Of a stretch of 64,000 nucleotides of DNA, positions 63,709-64,000 are shown one piece after another. This DNA comes from an uncultured Anaerolineales bacterium. GTDB taxonomy: Bacteria; Chloroflexota; Anaerolineae; CG2-30-64-16. Below the pieces are notes generated by a model. It worked only from the letters and a program-made list of their open reading frames with translations. It was not told the origin of the DNA and searched no databases. The stretch is taken from contig CAZELR010000007.1 in NCBI GenBank assembly GCA_964513075.1, positions 22,208 to 86,207 of the forward strand. The letters run 5' to 3'. The stretch's first letter is position 1; the number at the start of each line of letters is the position of its first letter. Position numbers and translations under genes: made by a program.

Positions 63709-64000
63709 CTACCGCCCTAATCCCCCCAACGCCGCAACTCCGAACCCGACGATGATCCCCCCCGAGACCCGGTTGACCCACAGCAGATGCCGGCCATCCA
63801 GCCTGCCGCGCAGCAGGCTGACCCCCGCGCTGAGCATGAACCACCACGATGCCGAGCCCAGGAATACGCCGAGCACCACCGCAGCCGCGGCCGCGTAGCC
63901 GTTGACCGTGCGGCCCACGCCCAGGCCGGCAAAGACCGCCATGAATGCCAAGATCGTCATGGGGTTGGTGAGGGTCAGCAGCAGGGTGGAGAGGTACGCG
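63709..64000 (-). CDS. LysE/RhtB-type translocator, 3' (C-terminal) part; continues beyond the window
   Basis: Hydrophobic multi-TM sequence with a Gly-rich LysE-like C-terminus; the frame stays open to position 64000 on the minus strand. Confidence 0.5.
   Translation of the reverse strand, partial: AYLSTLLLTLTNPMTILAFMAVFAGLGVGRTVNGYAAAAAVVLGVFLGSASWWFMLSAGVSLLRGRLDGRHLLWVNRVSGGIIVGFGVAALGGLGR

Overview
This is a 64-kb, high-GC (~63-65%) bacterial chromosomal segment. Pro/Thr-rich linkers, TTGACA-N17-TACAAT promoters and several apparently leaderless starts suggest a Chloroflexota-like genome, though that is a low-confidence call. No rRNA, tRNA, CRISPR array or transposase was found.

The main blocks, in order along the window:
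- **1-6 kb, minus strand:** a cation/H+ antiporter, then a tight mocA-proS-xdhC-dmpA gene string.
- **6.6-26.8 kb, minus strand:** a 20-kb unidirectional array. It contains an SPFH protein, pfkA, two tandem paralogous lipoproteins, a CoxM/S/L-type molybdenum hydroxylase, a vapBC toxin-antitoxin pair and an NCS2 nucleobase permease. It continues with an FdrA/DUF1116/CoA-transferase/MFS/CN-hydrolase/cyclase cluster and a LysM-CAP protein.
- **27-33 kb, plus strand:** one giant 2045-aa modular protein. It has two tandemly duplicated ~500-aa beta-propeller modules and a C-terminal CARDB-like plus Zn-metalloprotease-like (HEIGHNxNIGH) region.
- **33-41 kb, plus strand:** DUF2254 protein, a SulP-STAS-rhodanese fusion, glpX, an ArsR-like regulator and a PAS/GAF histidine kinase with a NarL-type response regulator.
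- **42-54 kb, mostly minus strand:** a cellobiose/chitobiose set (GH94 phosphorylase, BadF-type GlcNAc kinase, GH4), an NPP-type phosphodiesterase, an M50 protease, an ABC exporter and a GH13 amylase.
- **54-64 kb, minus strand:** a saccharopine-pathway gene pair (Lys9-like and LKR-like), a MazG-like protein, PPK2, a nitroreductase, a GNAT acetyltransferase, a low-GC two-gene islet and a flotillin.

The candidates I would follow up first are the giant duplicated-module surface protease, the FdrA/DUF1116/CoA-transferase/amidase/cyclase cluster coupled to the Mo-hydroxylase and permease, and the low-GC islet driven by a duplicated consensus promoter.

Beyond the genes, the window shows several sequence-level oddities that the CDS calls do not explain:
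- near-identical promoter pairs and a hairpin pair whose copies differ by a compensatory base-pair change;
- perfect palindromes and simple-sequence repeats;
- AT-rich in-frame repeat insertions inside conserved enzymes.
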